A stretch of 64,000 nucleotides of DNA. Source: Eledone cirrhosa. Its lineage: Eukaryota. Below the pieces are notes generated by a model. The model worked only from the letters and a program-made list of their open reading frames with translations, ran no database searches and had not been told where the DNA came from. Within the stretch, counting starts at the first letter, position 1. Every line of letters starts with the position of its first letter. Below, piece after piece: positions 23,648-39,500 of this stretch. The stretch is taken from positions 395,932,001-395,996,000 of the forward strand of contig OZ024741.1 of NCBI GenBank assembly GCA_964016885.1, given 5' to 3'. A program made the translations under genes and the position numbers.

Positions 23648-26600
23648 CCACATTACAGAGTGTACTGGCTGTATTGTATCATGACACCAGCACTACCACA
23701 TTACAGAGTGTACTGGGTGTATTGTATCATGACACCAGCACTACCACATTACAGAGTGTACTGGGTGTATTTTATCATGACACCAGCACTACCACATTAC
23801 AGAGTGTACTGGCTGTATGTTATCATGACACCAGCACGACTACTTTACAGAGTGTACTGGGTGTATTGTATCAAGACACCAGAACTACCACTCTAGAGTG
23901 TACTGGGTGTATTTTATCATGACACCAGCACTACCACTTTACAGAGTGTACTGGCTGTATTGTATCATGACACCAGCACTACCACATTACAGAGTGTACT
24001 GGGTGTATTGTATCATGACACCAGCACTACCACATTACAGAGTGTACTGGCTGTATTGTATCATGACACCAGCACTACCACATTACAGAGTGTACTGGGT
24101 GTATTGTATCATGACACCAGCACTACCACATTACAGAGTGTACTGGGTGTATTGTATCATGACACTAGCACTACCACATTACAGAGTGTACTGGGTGTAT
24201 TGTATCATGACACCAACACTACCACATTACAGAGTGTACTGGGTGTATTTTATCATGACACCAGCACTACCACTTTACAGAGTGTACTGGGTGTATTTTA
24301 TCATGACACCAGCACTACCACATTACAGAGTGTACTGGGTGTATTGTATCATGACACCAACACTACCACTTTACAGAGTGTACTGGGTGTATTTTATCAT
24401 GACACCAGCACTACCACATTACAGAGTGTACTGGATGTATTGTATCATGACACCAGCACTACCACTTTACAGAGTGTACTGGGTGTATTGTATCATGACA
24501 CCAGCACTACCACATTACAGAGTGTACTGGGTGTATTGTATCAAGACACCAGCACTACCACATTACAGAGTGTACTGGGTGTATTGTATCATGACACCAA
24601 CACTACCACTTTACAGAGTGTACTGGGTGTATTGTATCATGACACCAGAACTACCACTCTAGAGTGTACTGGGTGTATTGTATCATGACACCAGCACGAC
24701 TACTTTACAGAGTGTACTGGGTGTATTGTATCATGACACCAGTACTACCACATTACAGAGTGTACTGGCTGTATTGTATCATGACACCAGCACTACCACA
24801 TTACAGAGTGTACTGGGTGTATTTTATCAAGACACCAGCACTACCACTTTACAGAGTGTACTGGGTGTATTGTATCATGACACCAGCACTACCACATTAC
24901 AAAGTGTACTGGGTGTATTGTATCATGACACCAGCACTACCACATTACAGAGTGTACTGGGTGTATTGTATCATGACACCAACACAACTACTTTACAGAG
25001 TGTACTGGGTGTATTGTATCATGACACCAGCACTACCACATTACAGAGTGTACTGGGTGTATTGTATCATGACACCAGCACTACCACATTACAGAGTGTA
25101 CTGGGTGTATTGTATCATGACACCAACACTACCACTTTACAGAGTGTACTGGGTGTATTGTATCATGACACCAGAACTACCACTCTAGAGTGTACTGGGT
25201 GTATTGTATCATGACACCAACACAACTACTTTACAGAGTGTACTGGGTGTATTGTATCATGACACCAGCACTACCACATTACAAAGTGTACTGGGTGTAT
25301 TGTATCATGACACCAGCACTACCACTTTACAGAGTGTACTGGGTGTATTGTATCATGACACCAACACAACTACTTTACAGAGTGTACTGGGTGTATTGTA
25401 TCATGACACCAGCACTACCACTTTACAGAGTGTACTGGGTGTATTGTATCATGACACCAGCACTACCACATTACAGAGTGAACTGGCTGTATTGTATCAT
25501 GACACCAACACTACCACATTACAGAGTGTACTGGGTGTATTGTATCATGACACCAGCACTACCACATTACAGAGTGTACTGGGTGTATTGTATCATGACA
25601 CCAGCACGACTACTTTACAGAGTGTACTGGGTGTATTGTATCATGACACCAGTACTACCACATTACAGAGTGTACTGGCTGTATTGTATCATGACACCAG
25701 CACTACCACATTACAGAGTGTACTGGGTGTATTTTATCAAGACACCAGCACTACCACTTTACAGAGTGTACTGGGTGTATTGTATCATGACACCAGCACT
25801 ACCACATTACAAAGTGTACTGGGTGTATTGTATCATGACACCAGCACTACCACTTTACAGAGTGTACTGGGTGTATTGTATCATGACACCAGCACTACCA
25901 CATTACAAAGTGTACTGGGTGTATTGTATCATGACACCAGCACTACCACATTACAGAGTGTAGTGGGTGTATTGTATCATGACACCAGCACTACCACTTT
26001 ACAGAGTGTACTGGGTGTATTGTATCATGACACCAGCACTACCACATTACAGAGTGTACTGGCTGTATTGTATCATGACACCAGCACTACCACATTACAG
26101 AGTGTACTGGGTGTATTGTATCAAGACACCAGCACTACCACATTACAGAGTGTACTGGGTGTATTGTATCATGACACCAGCACTACCACATTACAGAGTG
26201 TACTGGCTGTATTGTATCATGACACCAGCACTACCACATTACAGAGTGTACTGGGTGTATTGTATCATGACACCAGCACTACCACTTTACAGAGTGTACT
26301 GGGTGTATTGTATCATGACACCAGCACTACCACATTACAGAGTGTACTGGCTGTATTGTATCATGACACCAGCACTACCACATTACAGAGTGTACTGGGT
26401 GTATTGTATCATGACACCAGCACTACCACATTACAGAGTGTACTGGCTGTATGTTATCATGACACCAGCACTACCACTCTAGAGTGTACTGGGTGTATTG
26501 TATCATGACACCAACACTACCACATTACAGAGTGTACTTGGTGTATTGTATCATGACACCAGCACTACCACATTACAGAGTGTACTGGGTGTATTGTATC

Positions 26601-29600
26601 ATGACACCAGCACTACCACATTACAGAGTGTACTGGGTGTATTGTATCATGACACCAGCACTACCACATTACAGAGTGTACTGGGTGTATTGTATCATGA
26701 CACCAGCACTACCACATTACAGAGTGTACTGGGTGTATTGTATCATGACACCAACACTACCACATTACAGAGTGTACTGGGTGTATTGTATCATGACACC
26801 AGCACTACCACATTACAGAGTGTACTGGGTGTATTGTATCATGACACCAGCACTACCACTCTAGAGTGTACTGGGTGTATTGTATCATGACACCAGCACT
26901 ACCACATTACAGAGTGTACTTGGTGTATTGTATCATGACACCAGCACTACCACATTACAGAGTGTACTGGGTGTATTGTATCATGACACCAGCACTACCA
27001 CTCTAGAGTGTACTGGGTGTATTGTATCATGACACCAGCACTACCACATTACAGAGTGTACTTGGTGTATTGTATCATGACACCAGCACTACCACATTAC
27101 AGAGTGTACTGGGTGTATTGTATCATGACACCAGCACTACCACTCTAGAGTGTACTGGGTGTATTGTATCATGACACCAGCACTACCACATTACAGAGTG
27201 TACTTGGTGTATTGTATCATGACACCAGCACTACCACATTACAGAGTGTACTGGGTGTATTGTATCATGACACCAGCACTACCACTCTAGAGTGTACTGG
27301 GTGTATTGTATCATGACACCAGCACTACCACATTACAGAGTGTACTGGGTGTATTGTATCATGACACCAGCACTACCACATTACAGAGTGTACTGGGTGT
27401 ATTGTATCATGACACCAGCACTACCACATTACAGAGTGTACTGGGTGTATTGTATCATGACACCAGCACTACCACTTTACAGAGTGTACTGGGTGTATTG
27501 TATCATGACACCAACACTACCACTTTACAGAGTGTACTGGGTGTATTGTATCATGACACCAGCACTACCACATTACAGAGTGTACTGGGTGTATTGTATC
27601 ATGACACCAGCACTACCACATTACAGAGTGTACTGGGTGTATTGTATCAAGACACCAGCACTACCACATTACAGAGTGTACTGGGTGTATTGTATCATGA
27701 CACCAGCACTACCACTTTACAGAGTGTACTGGGTGTATTGTATCATGACACCAGCACTACCACATTACAAAGTGTACTGGGTGTATTTTATCATGACACC
27801 AGCACGACTACTTTACAGAGTGTACTGGGTGTATTATATCATGACACCAGCACTACCACTTTACAGAGTGTACTGGGTGTATTGTATCATGACACCAGCA
27901 CTACCACATTACAGAGTGTACTGGGTGTATTGTATCATGACACCAACACTACCACATTACAGAGTGTACTGGGTGTATTGTATCATGACACCAACACTAC
28001 CACATTACAGAGTGTACTGGGTGTATTGTATCATGACACCAGCACTACCACTTTACAGAGTGTACTGGGTGTATTGTATCATGACACCAGCACTACCACT
28101 TTACAGAGTGTACTGGGTGTATTGTATCATGACACCAGCACTACCACATTACAGAGTGTACTGGGTGTATTGTATCATGACACCAACACTACCACATTAC
28201 AGAGTGTACTGGGTGTATTGTATCATGACACCAGCACTACCACATTACAGAGTGTACTGGGTGTATTGTATCATGACACCAACACTACCACATTACAGAG
28301 TGTACTGGGTGTATTTTATCATGACACCAGCACGACTACTTTACAGAGTGTACTGGGTGTATTATATCATGACACCAGCACTACCACTTTACAGAGTGTA
28401 CTGGGTGTATTGTATCATGACACCAGCACTACCACATTACAGAGTGTACTGGGTGTATTGTATCATGACACCAACACTACCACATTACAGAGTGTACTGG
28501 GTGTATTGTATCATGACACCAACACTACCACATTACAGAGTGTACTGGGTGTATTGTATCATGACACCAGCACTACCACATTACAGAGTGTACTGGGTGT
28601 ATTGTATCATGACACCAGCACTACCACATTACAGAGTGTACTGGGTGTATTGTATCATGACACCAACACTACCACTTTACAGAGTGTACTGGGTGTATTG
28701 TATCATGACACCAGCACTACCACATTACAGAGTGTACTGGGTGTATTGTATCATGACACCAGCACTACCACTCTAGAGTGTACTGGGTGTATTGTATCAT
28801 GACACCAGCACTACCACATTACAGAGTGTACTGGGTGTATTGTATCATGACACCAACACTACCACTTTACAGAGTGTACTGGCTGTATTGTATCATGACA
28901 CCAGAACTACCACATTACAGAGTGTACTGGGTGTATTGTATCATGACACCAGCACTACCACATTACAGAGTGTACTGGGTGTATTGTATCATGACACCAG
29001 CACTACCACTTTACAGAGTGTACTGGGTGTATTGTATCAAGACACCAGCACTACCACATTACAGAGTGTACTGGGTGTATTGTATCATGACACCAGAACT
29101 ACCACTTTACAGAGTGTACTGGCTGTATTGTATCAAGACACCAGCACTACCACTTTACAGAGTGTACTGGGTGTATTGTATCATGACACCAGAACTACCA
29201 CTTTACAGAGTGTACTGGGTGTATTGTATCATGACACCAGAACTACCACTTTACAGAGTGTACTGGCTGTATTGTATCATGACACTAGCACTACCACTTT
29301 ACAGAGTGTACTGGGTGTATTGTATCAAGACACCAGCACTACCACATTACAGAGTGTACTGGGTGTATTGTATCATGACACCAGCACTACCACTTTACAG
29401 AGTGTACTGGGTGTATTGTATCATGACACCAACACTACCACATTACAGAGTGTACTGGGTGTATTGTATCATGACACCAACACTACCACTTTACAGAGTG
29501 TACTGGGTGTATTGTATCATGACACCAGCACTACCACTTTACAGAGTGTACTGGCTGTATGTTATCATGACACCAGCACTACCACATTACAGAGTGTACT

Positions 29601-32600
29601 GGGTGTATTGTATCATGACACCAACACTACCACTTTACAGAGTGTACTGGGTGTATTGTATCATGACACCAGCACTACCACTTTACAGAGTGTACTGGGT
29701 GTATTGTATCATGACACCAACACTACCACTTTACAGAGTGTACTGGGTGTATTGTATCAAGACACCAGCACTACCACTTTACAGAGTGTACTGGCTGTAT
29801 TGTATCATGACACCAACACTACCACATTACAGAGTGTACTGGGTGTATTGTATCATGACACCAACACTACCACTTTACAGAGTGTACTGGGTGTATTGTA
29901 TCATGACACAAACACTACCACATTACAGAGTGTACTGGGTGTATTGTATCATGACACCAGCACTACCACTTTACAGAGTGTACTGGCTGTATGTTATCAT
30001 GACACCAGCACTACCACATTACAGAGTGTACTGGGTGTATTGTATCATGACACCAACACTACCACTTTACAGAGTGTACTGGGTGTATTGTATCATGACA
30101 CCAGCACTACCACATTACAGAGTGTACTGGGTGTATTGTATCATGACACCAGCACTACCACATTACAGAGTGTACTGGGTGTATTGTATCAAGACACCAG
30201 CACTACCACATTACAGAGTGTACTGGGTGTATTGTATCATGACACCAACACTACCACTTTACAGAGTGTACTGGGTGTATTGTATCAAGACACCAGCACT
30301 ACCACATTACAGAGTGTACTGGCTGTATGTTATCATGACACCAGCACTACCACATTACAGAGTGTACTGGCTGTATGTTATCATGACACCAGCACTACCA
30401 CATTACAGAGTGTACTGGGTGTATTGTATCATGACACAAACACTACCACATTACAGAGTGTACTGGGTGTATTGTATCATGACACCAGCACTACCACATT
30501 ACAGAGTGTACTGGGTGTATTGTATCATGACACCAACACTACCACATTACAGAGTGTACTGGCTGTATTGTATCATGACACCAACACTACCACATTACAG
30601 AGTGTACTGGGTGTATTGTATCATGACACCAACACTACCACATTACAGAGTGTACTGGGTGTATTGTATCATGACACAAACACTACCACATTACAGAGTG
30701 TACTGGCTGTATTTTATCATGACACCAGCACTACCACATTACAGAGTGTACTGGGTGTATTGTATCATGACACAAACACTACCACATTACAGAGTGTACT
30801 GGGTGTATTGTATCATGACACCAGCACTACCACATTACAGAGTGTACTGGGTGTATTGTATCATGACACCAGCACTACCACATTACAGAGTGTACTGGGT
30901 GTATTGTATCATGACACCAGCACTACCACATTACAGAGTGTACTGGGTGTATTGTATCATGACACCAGCACGACTACTTTACAGAGTGTACTGGGTGTAT
31001 TGTATCATGACACCAGCACGACTACTTTACAGAGTGTACTGGGTGTATTGTATCATGACACCAGCACGACTACTTTACAGAGTGTACTGGGTGTATTGTA
31101 TCATGACACCAGCACTACCACATTACAGAGTGTACTGGGTGTATTGTATCATGACACCAGCACGACTACTTTACAGAGTGTACTGGGTGTATTGTATCAT
31201 GACACCAACACTACCACATTACAGAGTGTACTGGGTGTATTGTATCATGACACCAGCACTACCACATTACAGAGTGTACTGGGTGTATTGTATCATGACA
31301 CTAGCACTACCACATTACAGAGTGTACTGGGTGTATTGTATCATGACACCAGAACTACCACTTTACAGAGTGTACTGGGTGTATTGTATCAAGACACCAG
31401 CACTACCACATTACAGAGTGTACTGGGTGTATTGTATCATGACACCAGCACTACCACATTACAGAGTGTACTGGGTGTATTGTATCATGACACCAGCACT
31501 ACCACTTTACAGAGTGTACTGGGTGTATTGTATCATGACACCAGCACTACCACATTACAGAGTGTACTGGGTGTATTGTATCATGACACTAGCACTACCA
31601 CATTACAGAGTGTACTGGGTGTATTGTATCATGACACCAGCACTACCACATTACAGAGTGTACTGGGTGTATTGTATCATGACACTAGCACTACCACATT
31701 ACAGAGTGTACTGGGTGTATTGTATCATGACACCAGCACTACCACATTACAGAGTGTACTGGCTGTATTGTATCATGACACCAACACTACCACATTACAG
31801 AGTGTACTGGCTGTATTGTATCATGACACCAGCACTACCACTTTACAGAGTGTACTGGGTGTATTGTATCATGACACCAACACTACCACATTACAGAGTG
31901 TACTGGGTGTATTTTATCATGACACCAGCACTACCACTTTACAGAGTGTACTGGGTGTATTGTATCATGACACCAACACTACCACTTTACAGAGTGTACT
32001 GGGTGTATTGTATCATGACACCAGCACTACCACATTACAGAGTGTACTGGCTGTATTGTATCATGACACCAGCACTACCACTTTACAGAGTGTACTGGGT
32101 GTATTGTATCATGACACCAGCACTACCACATTACAGAGTGTACTGGCTGTATGTTATCATGACACCAACACTACCACTTTACAGAGTGTACTGGGTGTAT
32201 TGTATCATGACACCAACACTACCACTTTACAGAGTGTACTGGGTGTATTGTATCATGACACCAGCACTACCACATTACAGAGTGTACTGGCTGTATGTTA
32301 TCATGACACCAACACTACCACTTTACAGAGTGTACTGGGTGTATTGTATCATGACACCAACACTACCACTTTACAGAGTGTACTGGGTGTATTGTATCAT
32401 GACACCAGCACTACCACATTACAGAGTGTACTGGCTGTATGTTATCATGACACCAACACTACCACTTTACAGAGTGTACTGGGTGTATTGTATCATGACA
32501 CCAACACTACCACTTTACAGAGTGTACTGGGTGTATTGTATCATGACACCAACACTACCACATTACAGAGTGTACTGGGTGTATTGTATCATGACACCAA

Positions 32601-34618
32601 CACTACCACTTTACAGAGTGTACTGGGTGTATTGTATCAAGACACCAACACTACCACATTACAGAGTGTACTGGGTGTATTGTATCATGACACCAGCACT
32701 ACCACTTTACAGAGTGTACTGGCTGTATTGTATCATGACACCAACACTACCACTTTACAGAGTGTACTGGGTGTATTGTATCATGACACCAGCACTACCA
32801 CTTTACAGAGTGTACTGGGTGTATTGTATCATGACACCAGCACTACCACTTTACAGAGTGTACTGGGTGTATTGTATCATGACACCAGCACTACCACTTT
32901 ACAGAGTGTACTGGGTGTATTGTATCATGACACCAGCACTACCACTTTACAGAGTGTACTGGGTGTATTGTATCATGACACCAGCACTACCACTTTACAG
33001 AGTGTACTGGGTGTATTGTATCATGACACCAGCACTACCACTTTACAGAGTGTACTGGGTGTATTGTATCATGACACCAACACTACCACATTACAGAGTG
33101 TACTGGCTGTATTGTATCATGACACCAGCACTACCACATTACAGAGTGTACTGGGTGTATTGTATCATGACACCAACACTACCACATTACAGAGTGTACT
33201 GGGTGTATTGTATCATGACACCAGCACTACCACATTACAGAGTGTACTGGCTGTATTGTATCATGACACCAGCACTACCACATTACAGAGTGTACTGGGT
33301 GTATTGTATCATGACACCAACACTACCACATTACAGAGTGTACTGGGTGTATTGTATCATGACACCAGCACTACCACTTTACAGAGTGTACTGGCTGTAT
33401 TGTATCATGACACCAGCACTACCACATTACAGAGTGTACTGGGTGTATTGTATCATGACACCAACACTACCACATTACAGAGTGTACTGGGTGTATTGTA
33501 TCATGACACCAGCACTACCACTTTACAGAGTGTACTGGGTGTATTGTATCATGACACCAGCACTACCACATTACAGAGTGTACTGGGTGTATTTTATCAT
33601 GACACCAGCACTACCACATTACAGAGTGTACTGGGTGTATTTTATCATGACACCAGCACTACCACATTACAGAGTGTACTGGGTGTATTGTATCATGACA
33701 CCAGCACTACCACATTACAGAGTGTACTGGGTGTATTTTATCATGACACCAGCACTACCACATTACAGAGTGTACTGGGTGTATTTTATCATGACACCAA
33801 CACTACCACTTTACAGAGTGTACTGGGTGTATTGTATCATGACACCAGCACTACCACATTACAGAGTGTACTGGGTGTATTTTATCAAGACACCAGCACT
33901 ACCACTTTACAGAGTGTACTGGCTGTATTGTATCATGACACCAACACTACCACATTACAGAGTGTACTGGGTGTATTGTATCATGACACCAGCACTACCA
34001 CATTACTGAGTGTACTGGGTGTATTGTATCATGACACCAGCACTACCACATTACAGAGTGTACTGGGTGTATTGTATCAAGACACCAGCACTACCACATT
34101 ACAGAGTGTACTGGCTGTATTGTATCATGACACCAGCACTACCACATTACAGAGTGTACTGGGTGTATTTTATCAAGACACCAGCACTACCACTTTACAG
34201 AGTGTACTGGCTGTATTGTATCATGACACCAGCACGACTACTTTACAGAGTGTACTGGGTGTATTGTATCATGACACCAGTACTACCACATTACAGAGTG
34301 TACTGGGTGTATTGTATCATGACACCAGCACGACTACTTTACAGAGTGTACTGGGTGTATTGTATCATGACACCAACACTACCACATTACAGAGTGTACT
34401 GGGTGTATTGTATCATGACACCAGTACTACCACATTACAGAGTGTACTGGGTGTATTGTATCAAGACACCAGCACTACCACTTTACAGAGTGTACTGGCT
34501 GTATTGTATCATGACACCAACACTACCACATTACAGAGTGTACTGGGTGTATTTTATCAAGACACCAGCACTACCACTCTAGAGTGTACTGGGTGTATTG
34601 TATCATGACACCAACACT
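23648..34618. repeat. 48-bp tandem satellite, about 228 copies (~11 kb), in IWS1 intron 5
   Basis: Unit ccacattacagagtgtactgggtgtattgtatcatgacaccagcacta, with recurrent point variants and a 46-bp variant. Confidence 0.98.
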
Positions 34619-34981
34619 CAATCTTAATTCATGTATTTATGAATATATGAGCACAGGCCGAAGCTGAAGCATATATGCAGTATGCCCTGCCCACCCCACC
34701 CTTCAACTGTATAGGGGTCATGTAAATATCATGACGAAAAGCACCCTGCCCACACTGTAAAGTGGTCGTGTAGGTGTCATGACAAAAAGCACCCAGCCCA
34801 CACTGTAAATGAGGTTGGTGTTAGGAATGCCATCCAGCTGTAGAAATCAAGCCAAAATCAGTCACCTGACCTAGCATTGCCCACAACAGGACAAGTCGTC
34901 TAACCCATGCTAGTGTGGACGAATTGACGTAAAACAATGATGATGGTGTAATCCTATAATTTCTTCCCTTCTATCTTGCAG

Positions 34982-35042
34982 GACTGGTGAGAAACTCATT
35001 GCTGATATTTTTGGTTCCAGTGATGAAGATGAAGAGTTTGAG
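34982..35042 (+). CDS. IWS1: IWS1 homolog, exon 6 (TGEKLIADIFGSSDEDEEFE)
   Basis: ttgcag acceptor and GAG|gtatta donor. Matches the IWS1 LIADIFG..EEF-GF TND-interacting motif. Confidence 0.92.
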
Positions 35043-35127
35043 GTATTACCACTTTGTTACTTGCATTGCTATAAAACTTGTGTAATTACTGAGATGGAGT
35101 ATAATACTGAACTGGGATCATTGAATG

Positions 35128-35714
35128 CAAACATCTACAATTGTGATGCTACATGGTAGTGAAACATGGGCTGTGACTGCAGAGGACATGTGGTGCTACA
35201 TGGTAGTGAAACATGGGCTGTGATTACAGAAGACATGTATAGACTAGAGATAAATGAAATAACCATGCTTCATTGGATGTGTGAAGTGTGATGCTGCATG
35301 GTAGTGAAACATGGGCTGTGCTTGCAGAGGACATGTGTAGACTGGAGAGAAATGAAGTAACCATGCTTCATTGGATGTACAATATAAATGTGAAAGAAAG
35401 GCAGAGCTTGGACGAAATGAGGGAGAAGCTGGATTTAAGAGGAATCAGAGGTGGTGTGCAGAAGAGAAGACTGCATTGGTATGGACACATGATGCGCATG
35501 AGTGATGATCACGAGGTAAAGATGTGCTGGGAAATCCCAGTGGTATGAAGCTTCAGTAAACCAAAGAAGGCCTGGGTAGAGGTGAGAGCTGACCTCAAAT
35601 TGCTAAGACTCATAAAGGAGATGACGAAGGAACATGACGAGTGGAGATATGCTGAAAAGGACCCATCCAACCTATGCAAGTATGGAAAAAATGGACATAA
35701 AAACGAAGATGATG
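35128..35714 (+). mobile_element. RTE LINE 3' fragment with triplicated MLHGSETWA segment
   Basis: MLHGSETWAV...RRLHWYGHMMRM; tgctacatggtagtgaaacatgggctgtg occurs three times. Confidence 0.85.
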
Positions 35715-35716
35715 TT

Positions 35717-36110
35717 AATAATAATAATAATGAAATTATTGTGTAAAGTGCTCAGGTGCACTACAACTCGTCAAAGGTGCATGTATAGTACAAAGAATAA
35801 TACACAAATGTCAGGGAAGTGAATAGTGTATGAGTCATGATAGACATGTGTGTATGTGTATGGAGGGGGAACATTAGGTGTAGTGTTGGCAAATCTCGGG
35901 AAGCATGGAGGCCTTAAAGGATGCAGTGTCTCGACAGCTAACAACCGATGCAGGTAGTTTGTTCCATGCTTCAGCAACTCTGAACATGAAAAAATGTTTC
36001 CGAAAGTCATGGGAACTGTGATGTTTTTTTACTTTGTGGGCATGCCCACGTGTGTTAGACACATGGAAATCAAAAAGGTACTCAGGGTTGTTGTTGGCAA
36101 GATGGTTAAC
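35717..36110 (-). mobile_element. CR1-like LINE 3' fragment with a single, unamplified 61-bp unit
   Basis: Intact C-terminus ...WNKLPASVVSCRDTASFKASMLPEICQHYT*. Confidence 0.88.
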
Positions 36111-36551
36111 AATTTTGATATTAAAGGTTGGGTGTGCAAAAGTTTATGTAATGACTGGGAATGAAAAGGTTTGACCAGGAGTTATAGGAGCGACTCACTA
36201 CTTTACTGTGAGTAGATTTTACCAACCTTTCAGCTAAACTTCACCTGTAAGCACATGAATAGTTCAAGATTGCAGCACACTAGTTTGCATACAGACTACT
36301 TGTATAAAGAAAACTGCAACTATCATACATTCAGGTATACCACATGCAGCTACATTGCCAAACTTGGCTTTGCACTTGGTTTACAAAGACCAAATACCTA
36401 CATATAACAATATTTATTTCTAATTTAGACACAAGGCCAGCAAATTTGGGGGGTAGGGCAAAGTTGATTAAATCAACCCCAGTACTTGACTGGCATTTTA
36501 TTTTATCGACACTAGAAGATGAAAGACAAAGTTGATCTCGGTGGGATTTAA

Positions 36552-39500
36552 CCCTTTAGCATTTACATTACTCTATATATACTATTGTATTTTCATAGAA
36601 AAGGCTTTACCTCACATAACATTTACATTACTCTATATATACTATTGTATTTTCATAGAAAAGGCTTTACCTCACATAACATTTACATTACTCTATATAT
36701 ACTATTGTATTTTCATAGAAAAGGCTTTACCTCACATAACATTTACATTACTCTATATATACTATTGTATTTTCATAGAAAAGGCTTTACCTCACATAAC
36801 ATTTACATTACTCTATATATACTATTGTATTTTCATAGTAAAGGCTTTACCTCACATAACATTTACATTACTCTCTATATACTATTGTATTTTCATAGAA
36901 AAGGCTTTACCTCACATAACATTTACATTACTCTATATATACTATTGTATTTTCATAGTAAAGGCTTTACCTCACATAATATCTCACATAACATTTACAT
37001 TACTCTATATATACTATTGTATTTTCACAGTAAAGGCTTTACCACACATAACATTTACCTTACTCTATATATACTATTGTATTGTCATAGTAAAGGCTTT
37101 ACCTCACATAATATCTCAACATTTACATTACTCTATATATACTATTGTATTTTCAAGGTAAAGGCTTTACCTCACATAATATCTCACATAACATTTACAT
37201 TACTCTATATATACTATTGTATTGTCACAGTTAAGGCTTTACCTCACATAATATCTCACATAACATTTACATTACTCTATATATACTATTGTATTTTCAT
37301 AGTAAAGGCTTTACCTCACATAACATTTACATTACTCTATATATACTATTGTATTTTCACAGTAAAGGCTTTACCTCACATAATATCTCACATAACATTT
37401 ACATTACTCTATATATACTATTGTATTTTCACAGTAAAGGCTTTACCTCACATAACATTTACATTACACTATATATACTATTGTATTTTCACAGTAAAGG
37501 CTTTATCTCACATAACATTTACATTACTCTATATATACTATTGTATTTTCACAGTAAAGGCTTTACCTCACATAACATTTACATTACTCTATATATACTA
37601 TTATATTTTCACAGTAAAGGCTTTACCTCACATAATATCTCACATAACATTTACATTACTCTATATATACTATTGTATTTTCACAGTAAAGTCTTTACCT
37701 CACATAATATCTCACATAACATTTACATTACTCTATAGATACTATTGTATTTTCACAGTTAAGGCTTTACCTCACATAACATTTACATTACTCTATATAT
37801 ACTATTATATTTTCACAGTAAAGGCTTTACCTCACATAATAGCTCACATAACATTTACATTACTCTATAGATACTATTGTATTTTCACAGTTAAGGCTTT
37901 ATCTCACATAACATTTACATTACTCTATATATACTATTATATTTTCACAGTAAAGGCTTTACATCACATAATAGCTCACATAACATTTACATTACTCTAT
38001 ATATACTATTGTATTTTCACAGTTAAGGCTTTACCTCACATAATAGCTCACATAACATTTACATTACTCTATATATACTATTGTATTTTCACAGTTAAGG
38101 CTTTACCTCACATAATATCTCACATAACATTTACATTACTCTATATATACTATTATATTTTCACAGTAAAGGCTTTACCTCACATAATATCTCACATAAC
38201 ATTTACATTACTCTATAGATACTATTGTATTTTCACAGTTAAGGCTTTACCTCACATAATATCTCACATAACATTTACATTACTCTATATATACTATTGT
38301 ATTTTCACAGTTAAGGCTTTACCTCACATAACATTTACATTACACTATATATACTATTGTATTTTCACAGTAAAGGCTTTATCTCACATAACATTTACAT
38401 TACTCTATATATACTATTGTATTTTCACAGTAAAGGCTTTACCTCACATAACATTTACATTACTCTATATATACTATTATATTTTCACAGTAAAGGCTTT
38501 ACCTCACATAATATCTCACATAACATTTACATTACTCTATATATACTATTGTATTTTCACAGTAAAGTCTTTACCTCACATAATATCTCACATAACATTT
38601 ACATTACTCTATAGATACTATTGTATTTTCACAGTTAAGGCTTTATCTCACATAACATTTACATTACTCTATATATACTATTATATTTTCACAGTAAAGG
38701 CTTTACATCACATAATAGCTCACATAACATTTACATTACTCTATATATACTATTGTATTTTCACAGTTAAGGCTTTACCTCACATAATATCTCACATAAC
38801 ATTTACATTACTCTATATATACTATTATATTTTCACAGTAAAGGCTTTACCTCACATAATATCTCACATAACATTTACATTACTCTATAGATACTATTGT
38901 ATTTTCACAGTTAAGGCTTTACCTCACATAATATCTCACATAACATTTACATTACTCTATATATACTATTGTATTTTCACAGTTAAGGCTTTACCTCACA
39001 TAATATCTCACATAACATTTACATTACTCTATATATACTATTGTATTTTCACAGTTAAGGCTTTATCTCACATAACATTTACATTACTCTATATATACTA
39101 TTATATTTTCACAGTAAAGGCTTTACCTCACATAATAGCTCACATAACATTTACATTACTCTATATATACTATTGTATTTTCACAGTAAAGCCTTTACCT
39201 CACATAATATCTCACATAACATTTACATTACTCTATATATACTATTGTATTTTCACAGTTAAGGCTTTACCTCACATAATATCTCACATAACATTTACAT
39301 TACTCTATATATACTATTGTATTTTCACAGTTAAGGCTTTATCTCACATAACATTTACATTACTCTATATATACTATTATATTTTCACAGTAAAGGCTTT
39401 ACCTCACATAATAGCTCACATAACATTTACATTACTCTATATATACTATTGTATTTTCACAGTAAAGTCTTTACCTCACATAATATCTCACATAACATTT

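Noticed and set aside
23576-34608. Very long ORFs (up to 1938 aa) as protein-coding genes
   Set aside because: They follow from a 48-nt unit with no stop in two frames. They are intronic, SINE-derived and broken by recurrent frameshifting units. Kept only as a low-ranked codon-position observation.
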